NCBI GenBank assembly: GCA_944393245.1 | Contig: CALXZM010000004.1 | Span: forward strand, 383 to 64,382 | DNA: 64,000 nucleotides | Reading direction: 5' to 3' | DNA from: an uncultured Alphaproteobacteria bacterium | GTDB taxonomy: Bacteria > Pseudomonadota > Alphaproteobacteria > Rs-D84 | Part shown: positions 8,128 to 17,916 of the stretch, piece by piece | Position numbering within the stretch: the first letter of the stretch is position 1 | Layout: each line of letters opens with the position of its first letter | Position numbers and translations under genes: made by a program | The notes under the pieces: model-generated | Seen by the model: only the letters and a program-made list of their open reading frames with translations | Told to the model about the DNA's origin: nothing | Databases searched by the model: none

Positions 8128-8928
8128 ATGAAATACTGGGATGATAAAAAAGAAAATTTAATCATTAACGCTGATACCATTCGGCGCTTTAATAAAGAAA
8201 ATCCGTTGAGTGGGCGGTATGCCTGTGATGAACGGGTGTTGGGTGATGTCGCGAATTCTTTAATTAACAAAAATTCAAAATTTGAAGACGTTTATCACAT
8301 GGTCACGTTGATTAACTCGTTTTACAGTACTCGTATGGGTGGGGACGATTGTTATGCTTTGTCGAAAATTTTGTATAACCGCCATGGCGATATTTTGGGC
8401 GCAATGGACAACGGTAACAAAAATGTTGTTCAAAGCGTGATAAAAGACCAAGTTGATGCACGCGAAAAACATGATGAGCATGGGGCGCCAGTGTTGCGCA
8501 GTGTGGCGTTTTCATTTACGTCTAAATATTTTTCCATTATATCGCGGTATCGGTTTCATGATGATAAATTCCCAATTTATGACAGTTTGGTTGCCGGGCT
8601 GTTGGATTTTTGGTACAGAAATAAAGGCACGAATCTTGTATCAAAAACACGCAAAAATTATAACTATATGGAATACTGCAAATATATAAACAGATTTTGC
8701 AGAGTTGTGGAATATAAAGAACTGGATTCGTATTTATGGACATTGGGGCGAAAAATTGTTCCGTATGTAACCGATATTTCAGCAGAAGAATATAAGCGTC
8801 TGATGCCTGGGAAAGACTTAAAAACCGGCAAAGATAAATACACGATTGCGATTACATCCAGTCTGCCATCTGATACGATGGAAAGAATTTTGAAGGCAGT
8901 TGCGCGTGATGATCAAAAGTCGCGGTAA
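8128..8928 (+). CDS. Hypothetical protein (266 aa)
   Basis: Long ORF with a GGTG upstream and AT-rich composition. No family was recognised from the sequence. Confidence 0.45.
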   Translation: MKYWDDKKENLIINADTIRRFNKENPLSGRYACDERVLGDVANSLINKNSKFEDVYHMVTLINSFYSTRMGGDDCYALSKILYNRHGDILGAMDNGNKNVVQSVIKDQVDAREKHDEHGAPVLRSVAFSFTSKYFSIISRYRFHDDKFPIYDSLVAGLLDFWYRNKGTNLVSKTRKNYNYMEYCKYINRFCRVVEYKELDSYLWTLGRKIVPYVTDISAEEYKRLMPGKDLKTGKDKYTIAITSSLPSDTMERILKAVARDDQKSR

Positions 8929-8983
8929 AAGTTTCCCATAAATGTATGGTTGAATTTTTTGGCGGATGGTATTATAATTCTTT

Positions 8984-9646
8984 GTGTCCAAGGAAGGGAG
9001 TTTTATGATGCCAAAATCAAAGTCTGAAAAAACAAAATCTGTAAAATCACGTCGCACGTCGCGCGCGGTGAATTATAATCCAATCGCGTCGTCGGTTAAG
9101 CGTTTGTATAACAAAAGTGCACCGTTGTTAATATGCGAAGCGTTGTTATTCGGTGTTGCGGCAATACTGATGGTGATTAAACCTGTTGCGATTTTAACTG
9201 CGCTGACGTTGGTGATTGGGGTGGCTTTGGTATTGTTTGGATTGTATCGCACAATCGCAGGTTTCGTTGTTTCGCGTGACATGGGCGGCGGATGGTTCGA
9301 TGTAGTGTTCGGATTGCTGACGGTTGTGTTGGGTGTGTTGTTCTGTATATATCCGGTGGGATCGGTCGCGGCGTTGGTATACATATTTGTAATACTATTT
9401 GCATTGCGCGCGATTTTGTCACTGATATTTTCGATAAATATGATACGCGCGCGGTTTGGCAATTATTGGTTTGATTTGATTATGTCGATTATATTGATTG
9501 CGCTGGCGGTGTTTTTACTGTTCTATCCGATGGCGGGTGCGGTTGTTATGGTTTATTATTTGGCGATAACTTTATTGCTGTATGCCGCGGCCGACGTATA
9601 TATGTATGTTGAAATATTACGTTTAAAGAAATTAGTTACAGATTAA
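8984..9646 (+). CDS. HdeD/DUF308-like multi-pass membrane protein
   Basis: Basic N-terminal tail followed by repeated paired-TM segments with the G..L..G spacing typical of DUF308. Confidence 0.45.
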   Translation: MSKEGSFMMPKSKSEKTKSVKSRRTSRAVNYNPIASSVKRLYNKSAPLLICEALLFGVAAILMVIKPVAILTALTLVIGVALVLFGLYRTIAGFVVSRDMGGGWFDVVFGLLTVVLGVLFCIYPVGSVAALVYIFVILFALRAILSLIFSINMIRARFGNYWFDLIMSIILIALAVFLLFYPMAGAVVMVYYLAITLLLYAAADVYMYVEILRLKKLVTD

Positions 9647-9651
9647 TAAAA

Positions 9652-9680
9652 ATCGCCCGTTTGGGCGATTTTTATTTTAA
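9652..9680 (+). terminator. Rho-independent terminator
   Basis: aatcgcccgtttgggcgatttttatttt. Confidence 0.5.
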
Positions 9681-9759
9681 ATATGTTTTGGCGCATATGC
9701 CTTATATAACAGTTTGATTGCTTGCATTTTGCCGAATGATGTTATAATATATGCCTGAT

Positions 9760-9836
9760 GCGCCCTTAGCCCAGCTGGATAGAGCATCGGATTTCTAATC
9801 CGCAGGTCGCAGGTTCGAATCCTGCAGGGCGCGCCA
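9760..9836 (+). tRNA. tRNA-Arg (anticodon TCT)
   Basis: gcgccct/agggcgc acceptor, anticodon loop ttTCTaa, T-arm caggttcgaatcctg and an encoded CCA. The framework is close to bacterial tRNA-Arg. Confidence 0.85.
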
Positions 9837-10156
9837 GAATAAAAATATCACCCAACGGGTGATTTTTTTATTATGATGCAAGCCCCAGGATTTGAACCTG
9901 CGAAAAAGCAGTTCGAACCGCCGCAAAAAGGCGGACGGCAGTACGCCGGTTTGCGTTTAGCAAATTTTGCCAGGTGGCGCAGCAATCCTGCAGGGCGCGC
10001 CAGAATAAAAATATCACCCAACGGGTGATTTTTTTATTATGATGCAAGCCCCAGGATTTGAACCTGCGAAAAAGCAGTTCGAACCGCCGCAAAAAGGCGG
10101 ACGGCAGTACGCCGGTTTGCGTTTAGCAAATTTTGCCAGGTGGCGCAGCAATCCTG
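9837..10156 (+). repeat. Tandem direct repeat: one 166-bp unit plus a 154-bp identical partial second unit. Each unit begins with a terminator hairpin and ends with the last 19 nt of tRNA-Arg (aatcctgcagggcgcgcca).
   Basis: Copy 1 is 9837-10002 and copy 2 is 10003-10156. They are identical base for base until the divergence at 10157. Hairpin atcacccaacgggtgatttttttatt. Confidence 0.85.
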
Positions 10157-10275
10157 GTAGGGCAATGAATAATGTTATACGCCGTGGGCGTTTTTTTATT
10201 GGGAAATCATACCTGGGGCATTTGTGGTGGGGCATATGTTATAATGGTCATGTATAAAACAAAGGGAGTTTTTTA

Positions 10276-10746
10276 ATGAAAAAATTTTGGTTGTTTATTT
10301 TGGCGGTTGTAATATCTTTTTTGCCGGGTATTATCGGGATGCTGTTTTCGCCAGATGGGGCGTCTGATTTATGGTATAATGCCCTGAATAAGCCATTGTT
10401 AATGCCAGATGGTTGGGTCTTTGCCGTTGTGTGGCCGATTTTATATTTTATTTTAGGCATTGCGTTGTATTTAATCATTGTTGATAAGACGCGTTACAGC
10501 AAGGCGATGTCATATGGCGTGTTTGCAATACATATGGTATTAAATGCATTGTGGTCTTATTTGTTCTTTGGCGCGAATTTGATTGGGGCGGCGTTAATTG
10601 TTTTAATTGCGTTGATTGCCGTTGTTATATGGATGATGCGGGTGTTTTATCCCATCAGCAGATCTGCGTATTACCTGGTCTGGCCGTATTTAATTTGGTT
10701 GGTATTTGCATTGTATTTAAATGGAACTGTTTTATTCTTGAATTAA
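10276..10746 (+). CDS. tspO: TspO/MBR family tryptophan-rich sensory protein
   Basis: WYNALNKPLLMPDGWVFAVVWPILYFILGIALY...LWSYLFFG... is the classic five-TM TspO signature. Confidence 0.8.
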   Translation: MKKFWLFILAVVISFLPGIIGMLFSPDGASDLWYNALNKPLLMPDGWVFAVVWPILYFILGIALYLIIVDKTRYSKAMSYGVFAIHMVLNALWSYLFFGANLIGAALIVLIALIAVVIWMMRVFYPISRSAYYLVWPYLIWLVFALYLNGTVLFLN

Positions 10747-10787
10747 TTGTAAATGTACAACGGCCACCAATGTGTGGCCGTTGTTTA

Positions 10788-11123
10788 CTAAATCTTTAAT
10801 ATTTTAAACTGTGGATTGCCAATGTTCAGGTATTTTAGCCCCAATTCTTCGACATAGTCAGCACTGTATCCCTGTAATAATTCAATATGACGGCGTATGG
10901 ATTGTAATTCTTTTTGTTCCGCGGCCAACTGTTCCTGTTCGGCACGTAAATGCCATGTGTTTATTATCAGGCTTTGCACGTTTACATCGCCCCAAAACAT
11001 GCGTATGAATATGCCCACGGCGAATATCAGCATAAATGTGCCAAATTTACCACGCGCCCCGTCAGACCATGCACGGCCCAAAAAGCCAAAGAAATTTTTG
11101 ATTTTTTCCTTCATCGGTGGCAT
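10788..11123 (-). CDS. ftsB: Septum-formation initiator (FtsB/DivIC-like)
   Basis: N-terminal TM helix, coiled coil (LRAEQEQLAAEQKELQSIRRHIELL), then a ..ADYVEELGLKYLNIGNPQF tail. Confidence 0.55.
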   Translation of the reverse strand: MPPMKEKIKNFFGFLGRAWSDGARGKFGTFMLIFAVGIFIRMFWGDVNVQSLIINTWHLRAEQEQLAAEQKELQSIRRHIELLQGYSADYVEELGLKYLNIGNPQFKILKI

Positions 11124-11133
11124 TATATCATAA

Positions 11134-12057
11134 ATGTTTAATGTTAATCAAATTTTTGCTGCACCGTTGGCCGGAATTACAGATAAACCATTTCGGCGTA
11201 TTGTTCGTATGTTTTCGCCGAATACACCAATGTATACGGAAATGATTTCATGTCATTCGTTGGTGGGGGCGCATAAAAATTGTCTGCGTAATTTTGACCG
11301 TTATGATGATGAAGGTAACATAGGGACCCAGATTTTTGGTGCAAATGCACAATTAATGGCGGATGCGGCGCGAATTTTACAGGATGCCGGCGCCACATGG
11401 ATTGATATAAATATGGGTTGCCCAGTACCAAAGGTTGCCACACGCAGTGGGGCGGGGGCAAACCTGATGCGTGACCATAAATTGGCTGAAAAAATAATGC
11501 GGGCGGTGGTTCGTGCCGTACAGATTCCAGTATCGATAAAAACGCGCCTGGGGTGGGATGATGCCAATCGTGACTGGGCTGATTTAATTAGGATTGCTGC
11601 TGATTGCGGGGTACGATTTGCCGCATTGCATGGGCGCACGCGGGCGCAATTGTATACGGGGGTGTCTGATTTGCCGCGGTTGGTAAATTCGCCGATACCC
11701 ATTATTGGCAATGGGGATATAAAAACGTCGGCCGATGTTCGGCGTGTCGCGGATTTGGGGTACAGTGGTGCAATGATTGGGCGTGCCATGTTGGGGCGAC
11801 CATGGATTTTTGGGGTGCTGAATGGAATTTGTGGGGTGCCTGAAAATGTTGGGGTGGTTGTATTGCGACACCTGCAATATATGGTGGAATATTATGGCGA
11901 AAAAAACACTGTCCCCATGTTTCGCAAGCATGCGGCCTGGTATTCCGCGGGTATGCCTAATTCTGCTGAATTCAGAATTCGTGTCAATGGTATTACGGAT
12001 GCTGGTGAATTGGTGGATGAAATTTGTAAATTTTGGGGTTGCGAAGTAAAAGTATAG
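11134..12057 (+). CDS. tRNA-dihydrouridine synthase (Dus family)
   Basis: AAPLAGITDKPFRRIVRMFSP...IDINMGCPVPKV...VSIKTRLGWDD. Confidence 0.8.
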   Translation: MFNVNQIFAAPLAGITDKPFRRIVRMFSPNTPMYTEMISCHSLVGAHKNCLRNFDRYDDEGNIGTQIFGANAQLMADAARILQDAGATWIDINMGCPVPKVATRSGAGANLMRDHKLAEKIMRAVVRAVQIPVSIKTRLGWDDANRDWADLIRIAADCGVRFAALHGRTRAQLYTGVSDLPRLVNSPIPIIGNGDIKTSADVRRVADLGYSGAMIGRAMLGRPWIFGVLNGICGVPENVGVVVLRHLQYMVEYYGEKNTVPMFRKHAAWYSAGMPNSAEFRIRVNGITDAGELVDEICKFWGCEVKV

Positions 12058-12953
12058 ATTCTATGATTAGCATGATAAACAAGGGACTGGATAATATGAA
12101 TGAAATTGATAAAACAGAAACAAATAATGTTGAAATGACCGTTGGGGAAATTTTGCGTAACGCACGTACAACTGGCCGGCGCAAGCGTGAATTGCAAACC
12201 GTGGCAAAGCAGTTATGCATACGGGAAGAGTTTTTACAGGCATTAGAAGATGGAAATTATTCCGTTATTCCAGAAACTGTGTATATTTTGGGATTTGCGC
12301 GTAATTATGCAATGGAACTGGGGTTGGATCCCGATGAAATTGTCACAAAAATAAAGCGCGAAATGGGTTTGTTGCCTGATGAACGCAAAGACGATGACGA
12401 TGAATCTGATTCGGATGATGTTGATGGCCAGGGTGGTGATGGAAAAGCAAAGCATGTGTTCGTGCGTGCCTGGAAATTCATCAAACGTAATTGGTTATGG
12501 TTTGTTTTGGGGATAATTGTTGTTGTATTGATTATTGGTGGGGCGATGTTCTGGACCGGGACTGGAAAAACAACTGTTACGGAACCCGTGATTGAAACGA
12601 ATGTGGCTGTGTCGGCTGATACAGATGCGGAACCAAAATATAATACAGATGTTCGCGAACGTTTTGGTACGGATAACGCGGCAACTGCATCCGTTATATT
12701 ACAGGCTGTTCAAGAATCTTGGGTAAAGGTTGAAGACAGACGTGGCAATACTGTTTTTAGTCGGGTTTTGGTTCCGGGTGATATTTACTATGTTCCCGAT
12801 GGTGATGGATATACGGCCGTGTTTGGTAATGCCGGGGGCGTAGACGTATGGGTAAATAATGTTTTGGCACCAAAACAGGGGGCCGACCACGCCAGGGTGT
12901 CTGGAATTTCATTGTCGCCAGATGATTTGATGACCACAAATTCCCAGGAATAA
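12033..12953 (+). CDS. rodZ: RodZ-like cytoskeleton protein (HTH_XRE + TM + DUF4115). Start uncertain; later Mets lie at 12063, 12072 and 12096.
   Basis: TVGEILRNARTTGRRKRELQTVAKQLCIREEFLQALEDGNY is the HTH. A single TM follows (WLWFVLGIIVVVLIIGG), then a C-terminal DUF4115-like region (VLVPGDIYYVPDGDGYTAVFGNAGGVDVWVN). Confidence 0.6.
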   Translation: MGLRSKSIDSMISMINKGLDNMNEIDKTETNNVEMTVGEILRNARTTGRRKRELQTVAKQLCIREEFLQALEDGNYSVIPETVYILGFARNYAMELGLDPDEIVTKIKREMGLLPDERKDDDDESDSDDVDGQGGDGKAKHVFVRAWKFIKRNWLWFVLGIIVVVLIIGGAMFWTGTGKTTVTEPVIETNVAVSADTDAEPKYNTDVRERFGTDNAATASVILQAVQESWVKVEDRRGNTVFSRVLVPGDIYYVPDGDGYTAVFGNAGGVDVWVNNVLAPKQGADHARVSGISLSPDDLMTTNSQE

Positions 12954-13057
12954 TGCAAATGGCGGGGTTATAATTACCCCGCTGTTTAAAATGCAAGTAT
13001 ATTTTTATATGCGCGGCTATTGCAATTTTTTATAAATTTTCTATATTTAGTATTACT

Positions 13058-15916
13058 ATGGCTGGTGTAATAAAAATTCGCGGGGCACGCGAAAATAATC
13101 TTAAAAATATTGATTTAGACATACCAAAAAACAAATTGGTGGTCTTTACCGGCGTTTCTGGGTCTGGCAAATCGTCGTTGGCGTTCAATACAATTTATGC
13201 CGAAGGTCAACGCAGATATGTTGAATCATTGTCGGCGTATGCGCGCCAATTCCTGGATATGCAGAAAAAGCCAGATGTTGATTTAATCGAAGGATTGGCC
13301 CCGGCAATTTCAATTGAACAAAAAACAACATCAAAAAATCCCCGTTCCACGGTTGGCACCGTTACGGAAATTTATGATTATTTGCGTTTGTTGTGGGCAC
13401 GCGTGGGGGTGCCACATTCACCTGTAACAGGGTTGCCAATTAAATCACAAACGATTGCTGAAATGGTTGATTGGACCATGAAAATCCCCAACGGAACACG
13501 CGTGTTTATAATGGCGCCACTGGTTCGTGAACGCAAGGGGGAATATAAAAAAGAAATCGCATTCTTGGTAAAGCAGGGGTATCAACGCGCAATCATTGAC
13601 GGCGAATTGCACGATTTGTCGGCTGTGCCGCCATTGGATAAAAATAAAAAGCATACTATATTCGTTATTGTTGACCGTCTGCAAATGCCGGCGGCGGACG
13701 CGTCCGATTCCGATATAGAAGAATTTCGGTCGCGCATGTATTCATCATTCGAAGGTTCACTGCGTTTGGTGCCTGGGTCAGTGTTGGTGCGTCGTTTGGA
13801 TACGAACGAAGATATTTTATATTCACAAAATTATGCCTGTCCGGTCAGTGGGTTTACGGTGCCAAAAATAGAACCACGTTTGTTTTCTTTTAATGCGCCG
13901 ATGGGGGCGTGCCCGGCATGTGATGGATTGGGGGTGCAATTAAATATGTCGCCAGATTTGGTGATTCCTGATCCGTCTAAATCCATTTTGGATGGTGCCA
14001 TTGCGCCGTGGTCGCGTGGTGGTATGTTAAGTCAATTTGACCATTTGTTGGATGCATTACATAAAAAGTATAAAATCCCATTGTCAAAACCGTGGCATAC
14101 ACTGACCCAGCAACAGAAAGATATTATTTTGTATGGCAGTGGTGATGAACCGATAAAAATAAACTGGAATGGATTTGTTTACGAAAAACCGTACGAAGGG
14201 GTAATTCCAAATATCGAACGTCGTTGGCGTGAATCAGATTCCGAAGCCGTACGTAACGAATTGGCGAAGTATCAATCTGAAACGCCGTGCCCGATGTGTC
14301 ACGGCAAACGTTTGAATATTCAGGCATTATGCGTGAAAATTTATGGGTTGGATATTATGGATGCGTGCGATATGGCGGTGGATCAATCGCTGAAATGGTT
14401 TACTGATTTGCCAAATCATTTGTCGCAAAAGGAAAATGATATCGCGCGCGTGATATTGCGCGAAATTACCAGTCGGTTGCAATTTTTACAGAATGTTGGG
14501 TTGGGATATCTGACGCTGTCGCGTATGTCGGGGACTTTGTCTGGTGGCGAAGCGCAACGAATCAGGTTGGCGTCACAGATTGGCAGTGGGCTGTCTGGGG
14601 TATTGTATGTTTTGGACGAACCATCAATTGGTCTGCATCAAAGTGACAATGATAAATTATTGGATACATTGAAAATGTTACGCGACAAAGACAACAGCGT
14701 AATTGTGGTTGAACATGACGAAGATGCCATGCGGGCGGCTGATTATTTGGTTGATATCGGCCCGGGGGCGGGTATTAATGGCGGGCACGTTGTTGCCGCC
14801 GGTACACCAGAACAGGTTATAAAAAACAAAGATTCATTAACAGGACAATATTTGTCTGGGAAACGAAAAATAGATGTGCCAAAGGCACGACGTGCCGGTA
14901 ATGGTCAGGTGATTTCTGTGCAGGGCGCGCGTGAAAATAATCTGAAAAACATAAATGTTGATTTCCCCTTGGGTAAATTTGTTGCACTGACCGGTGTGTC
15001 GGGGTCTGGGAAATCTACTTTGTTATTGGATACATTATATCCGGCGTTAATGCGTGCGTTGTATAATTCAAAAATAGAAATGGGGGCGCATGACATAATT
15101 CGTGGTATGGAACATGTGGACAAGGTTGTTGATATAGATCAATCGCCGATTGGACGTACCCCACGCAGTAATCCTGCAACTTATACGGGTGTGTTTTCAA
15201 ATATTCGTGACTTTTTTGCAGGTCTGCCAGAAGCCAAGGCGCGCGGATACGGACCCGGACGTTTTTCATTTAATGTAAAGGGTGGCCGGTGCGAGGCATG
15301 TCAGGGTGACGGTCAGATAAAAATTGAAATGAATTTCTTGGCCGATGTGTATGTCGAATGCGACAAGTGTCATGGCGCACGATATAACGATGAAACGTTG
15401 GCTGTGAAGTATAAGGGAAAGTCCATTGCCGACGTATTAAACATGACTGTCGAAGAGGCATATAGATTTTTCAGTAATGTGCCACAAATTGCGCGCAAGT
15501 TGGAATTATTAAAGCGTGTCGGTTTGGATTATATCAAATTGGGGCAGAGTTCATTGGATTTATCCGGGGGCGAGGCCCAGCGTATTAAATTGTCCAAAGA
15601 ACTGGCCGCGCGCAGTACGGGACAAACAATATATATATTGGATGAACCGACAACTGGTTTGCATTTTGCAGATATTAAATTGTTGCTGTCTGTGTTGCAT
15701 GAACTGGTTGACCAGGGCAATACGGTCATTGTCATCGAACATAATTTGGAAGTTATAAAGACTGCGGATTGGATTATTGATTTGGGCCCTGGCGGTGGGG
15801 CCGGGGGCGGACGTGTTGTCGCCGTCGGTACACCAGAACAGGTCGCAGAAAATCCTGAATCTTTGACTGGGAAATATCTGCAAAAGTATCTGGACAATGG
15901 GAAAAAGAAAAAATAA
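13058..15916 (+). CDS. uvrA: Excinuclease ABC subunit A
   Basis: 952 aa with two ABC ATPase modules ([20 protein letters not shown]) and zinc-finger Cys clusters ([16 protein letters not shown]). Confidence 0.95.
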   Translation: MAGVIKIRGARENNLKNIDLDIPKNKLVVFTGVSGSGKSSLAFNTIYAEGQRRYVESLSAYARQFLDMQKKPDVDLIEGLAPAISIEQKTTSKNPRSTVGTVTEIYDYLRLLWARVGVPHSPVTGLPIKSQTIAEMVDWTMKIPNGTRVFIMAPLVRERKGEYKKEIAFLVKQGYQRAIIDGELHDLSAVPPLDKNKKHTIFVIVDRLQMPAADASDSDIEEFRSRMYSSFEGSLRLVPGSVLVRRLDTNEDILYSQNYACPVSGFTVPKIEPRLFSFNAPMGACPACDGLGVQLNMSPDLVIPDPSKSILDGAIAPWSRGGMLSQFDHLLDALHKKYKIPLSKPWHTLTQQQKDIILYGSGDEPIKINWNGFVYEKPYEGVIPNIERRWRESDSEAVRNELAKYQSETPCPMCHGKRLNIQALCVKIYGLDIMDACDMAVDQSLKWFTDLPNHLSQKENDIARVILREITSRLQFLQNVGLGYLTLSRMSGTLSGGEAQRIRLASQIGSGLSGVLYVLDEPSIGLHQSDNDKLLDTLKMLRDKDNSVIVVEHDEDAMRAADYLVDIGPGAGINGGHVVAAGTPEQVIKNKDSLTGQYLSGKRKIDVPKARRAGNGQVISVQGARENNLKNINVDFPLGKFVALTGVSGSGKSTLLLDTLYPALMRALYNSKIEMGAHDIIRGMEHVDKVVDIDQSPIGRTPRSNPATYTGVFSNIRDFFAGLPEAKARGYGPGRFSFNVKGGRCEACQGDGQIKIEMNFLADVYVECDKCHGARYNDETLAVKYKGKSIADVLNMTVEEAYRFFSNVPQIARKLELLKRVGLDYIKLGQSSLDLSGGEAQRIKLSKELAARSTGQTIYILDEPTTGLHFADIKLLLSVLHELVDQGNTVIVIEHNLEVIKTADWIIDLGPGGGAGGGRVVAVGTPEQVAENPESLTGKYLQKYLDNGKKKK

Positions 15917-15948
15917 AGTTTTTAATATATAACATAAAAGGAGCAAAA

Positions 15949-16467
15949 ATGTTTGGGTTTGGAAAGAAAAAGGCAGAAAAAGTAGTAAACACAACCGCAA
16001 CGGAAGCGACCGCCCCAGAACTGGATGAAAAAGAATTGAAAAAGATGGAGGCCAAGATTCCCAGCGGAATGAAAGAATCTGCCCAACGTATGATGGCCGG
16101 TCAATTTGATATGAACGATATGTTGGCGCAATTAAAACAAATTAAAAAAATGAGTAATTTTAGTGGGCTGTTAAAAATGGTGCCGGGTATGTCGGGTGCT
16201 GTGGCTGCGATGAAGGAAAAAATCAAAGATGGCAGTGTTGACGCACAAATAAAAATACTGGAAGCAATGACCGCAGAAGAACGCGCCGAACCAGAAAAAA
16301 TTTTTGCAAATGCCAAAACGCGTATTGCAGAAACCGCGGGATGCACTGTACGTGACGTGGAACATATTATCAAACAATATACTAAAATGCGTCAACAGAT
16401 GGCAATGTTACAGAAAATGGGGGGAATGGAGGCTGTTATGCAAAAAATGCAAAAGCCGGGCAACTAA
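15949..16467 (+). CDS. Stand-alone signal-recognition-particle Ffh (SRP54) M-domain-like protein; no NG GTPase domain
   Basis: GQFDMNDMLAQLKQIKKMSNFSGLLKMVPGM...MTAEERAEPEKI...TRIAETAGCTVRDVEHIIKQYTKMRQQMAMLQKMGGM is colinear with the E. coli Ffh M domain (GFDLNDFLEQLRQMKNMGGMASLMGKLPGM...MTMKERAKPEII..RRIAAGSGMQVQDVNRLLKQFDDMQRMMKKM). It starts 33 nt after the uvrA stop. Confidence 0.6.
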   Translation: MFGFGKKKAEKVVNTTATEATAPELDEKELKKMEAKIPSGMKESAQRMMAGQFDMNDMLAQLKQIKKMSNFSGLLKMVPGMSGAVAAMKEKIKDGSVDAQIKILEAMTAEERAEPEKIFANAKTRIAETAGCTVRDVEHIIKQYTKMRQQMAMLQKMGGMEAVMQKMQKPGN

Positions 16468-16779
16468 ATGCATTGGAAAAATATTTTTAGTTTGGAAAAA
16501 ATACGGCAACAGTTTGACTGGACGCCGGTTGCGGTTCGGGTCCCATGTCCGCGTTTCGTCAGAATGGGGGCTGATAATGCGCGTTTCCTGTTGGGATATG
16601 TGGTGGAAATTGAATATAAATACCATAAAAGTAAAAGCGTCTTTTTCCCGGCCAAATATAATGATGATACATTGCAACGGCGGGGCAGTGTTGCATTAAG
16701 GGATGCTATATCATTATACAGGCAAACAAAACAAAAAATTGTGGCGGCAAAAAAATATAATAATGAAAATTTTAAATAA
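16468..16779 (+). CDS. Hypothetical 103-aa protein, translationally coupled to the Ffh-M ORF (TAAATG junction)
   Basis: The ATG immediately follows the TAA of the upstream ORF. No recognisable family. The 3' end overlaps the probable rlmE start. Confidence 0.3.
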   Translation: MHWKNIFSLEKIRQQFDWTPVAVRVPCPRFVRMGADNARFLLGYVVEIEYKYHKSKSVFFPAKYNDDTLQRRGSVALRDAISLYRQTKQKIVAAKKYNNENFK

Positions 16780-17422
16780 GAAAATTGCATCAAAAAAATC
16801 ATCGGCTGCATGGATTCAACGCCAGGCGGCTGACCCGTATGTTGCGCGTGCACATCGTGATGGGTATCGTGCACGTGCCGCGTACAAGTTAATCGAAATG
16901 AACGAACGGTACAATTTTCTAAAAAATGGCCAGGTTGTTGTTGACCTGGGGGCGGCACCGGGTTCATGGTCACAATATGTTATGCGTGCATTTCCAAAAT
17001 CACGCGTGTTCGCCATGGATTTGTTGGAAATTACACCAATCCCGGGGGTTGAATTTTATCAGGGGGATTTTACCACAGACGATGCGCTGGATTGGTTGGT
17101 GGAAAAATTAAATTTGCAATCGGATGGCGCATCACATGGTACGGTGGATGTTGTGCTGTCTGATATGGCACCGAATACCGTTGGACACAAGAAAACCGAC
17201 CATATACGTCAAATGGTGTTGTTGGAATATGCGTTTGATTTTGCCATTCGTGCATTAAAGCCGGGCGGAACATTTGTGGCAAAATCTTTTACCGGTGGGA
17301 CAACAAATGATTTATTAAAACAAATACGTGAAAAATTCGAATCGGTGCATCACATAAAACCGCCTGCATCACGCAAAGACAGTGTGGAAATGTTTATTGT
17401 CGCAATGGGATTTCGTGGATAA
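16763..17422 (+). CDS. rlmE: 23S rRNA (uridine2552-2'-O)-methyltransferase RlmE/FtsJ
   Basis: SAAWIQRQAADPYV..RARAAYKLIEMNERY..VVDLGAAPGSWSQYV...DVVLSDMAPN. Confidence 0.85.
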   Translation: MKILNKKIASKKSSAAWIQRQAADPYVARAHRDGYRARAAYKLIEMNERYNFLKNGQVVVDLGAAPGSWSQYVMRAFPKSRVFAMDLLEITPIPGVEFYQGDFTTDDALDWLVEKLNLQSDGASHGTVDVVLSDMAPNTVGHKKTDHIRQMVLLEYAFDFAIRALKPGGTFVAKSFTGGTTNDLLKQIREKFESVHHIKPPASRKDSVEMFIVAMGFRG

Positions 17423-17451
17423 ATAAAAAATCGCCAAAATATGGCGATTTT

Positions 17452-17880
17452 TTATTTCATCTTTTCAGCGGCAGTGCGCGCCAGTTCGTCACATCGTTCG
17501 TTATACGGATTGCCCGCATGACCGCGCACCCACACCCAATGTATTTCACGGTCACGTGCCAATTCATCCAGTTGTTGCCATAATTCTTTGTTCTTTACGG
17601 GCTTTTTGGCCGCGGTTTTCCAGTTGTTATTTTTCCATTGGGGTACCCAAATCTGCATACCGTTTTTTACATATTGACTGTCGGTGTGCAGTTCAACCGC
17701 ACGATGATGGCGCGTTGCGTACAGGGCGCGTATTACCGCCGTTAATTCCATTTGATTATTTGTGGTTAGGCGCGCCCCACCACTGCGTTCAGCAGTATTG
17801 TCACCATCCGTGGCAATAAATGCCCATCCGCCGGGACCGGGGTTACCCAAACAACTGCCATCTGTCCAAATTTTTAGCAT
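17452..17880 (-). CDS. rnhA: Ribonuclease HI
   Basis: IWTDGSCLGNPGPGGWAF...ELTAVIRAL...TDSQYV...W..RGHAGNPYNERCDELA. A bidirectional terminator hairpin overlaps its stop (aaatcgccaaaatatggcgatttttt). Confidence 0.9.
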   Translation of the reverse strand: MLKIWTDGSCLGNPGPGGWAFIATDGDNTAERSGGARLTTNNQMELTAVIRALYATRHHRAVELHTDSQYVKNGMQIWVPQWKNNNWKTAAKKPVKNKELWQQLDELARDREIHWVWVRGHAGNPYNERCDELARTAAEKMK

Positions 17881-17916
17881 TTCTTATAACCTTGTTTTGT
17901 GATATAATATCATAAA

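Noticed and set aside
9837-10156. CRISPR array
   Set aside because: Only two copies, 166-bp period, no spacer/repeat alternation and no cas genes. Nothing CRISPR-like elsewhere in the window either.
9871-10257. ORFs of 72-73 aa on both strands inside the tRNA-Arg tandem repeat
   Set aside because: They lie entirely within duplicated non-coding repeat units and terminator hairpins with no RBS. They are artefacts of the repeat.
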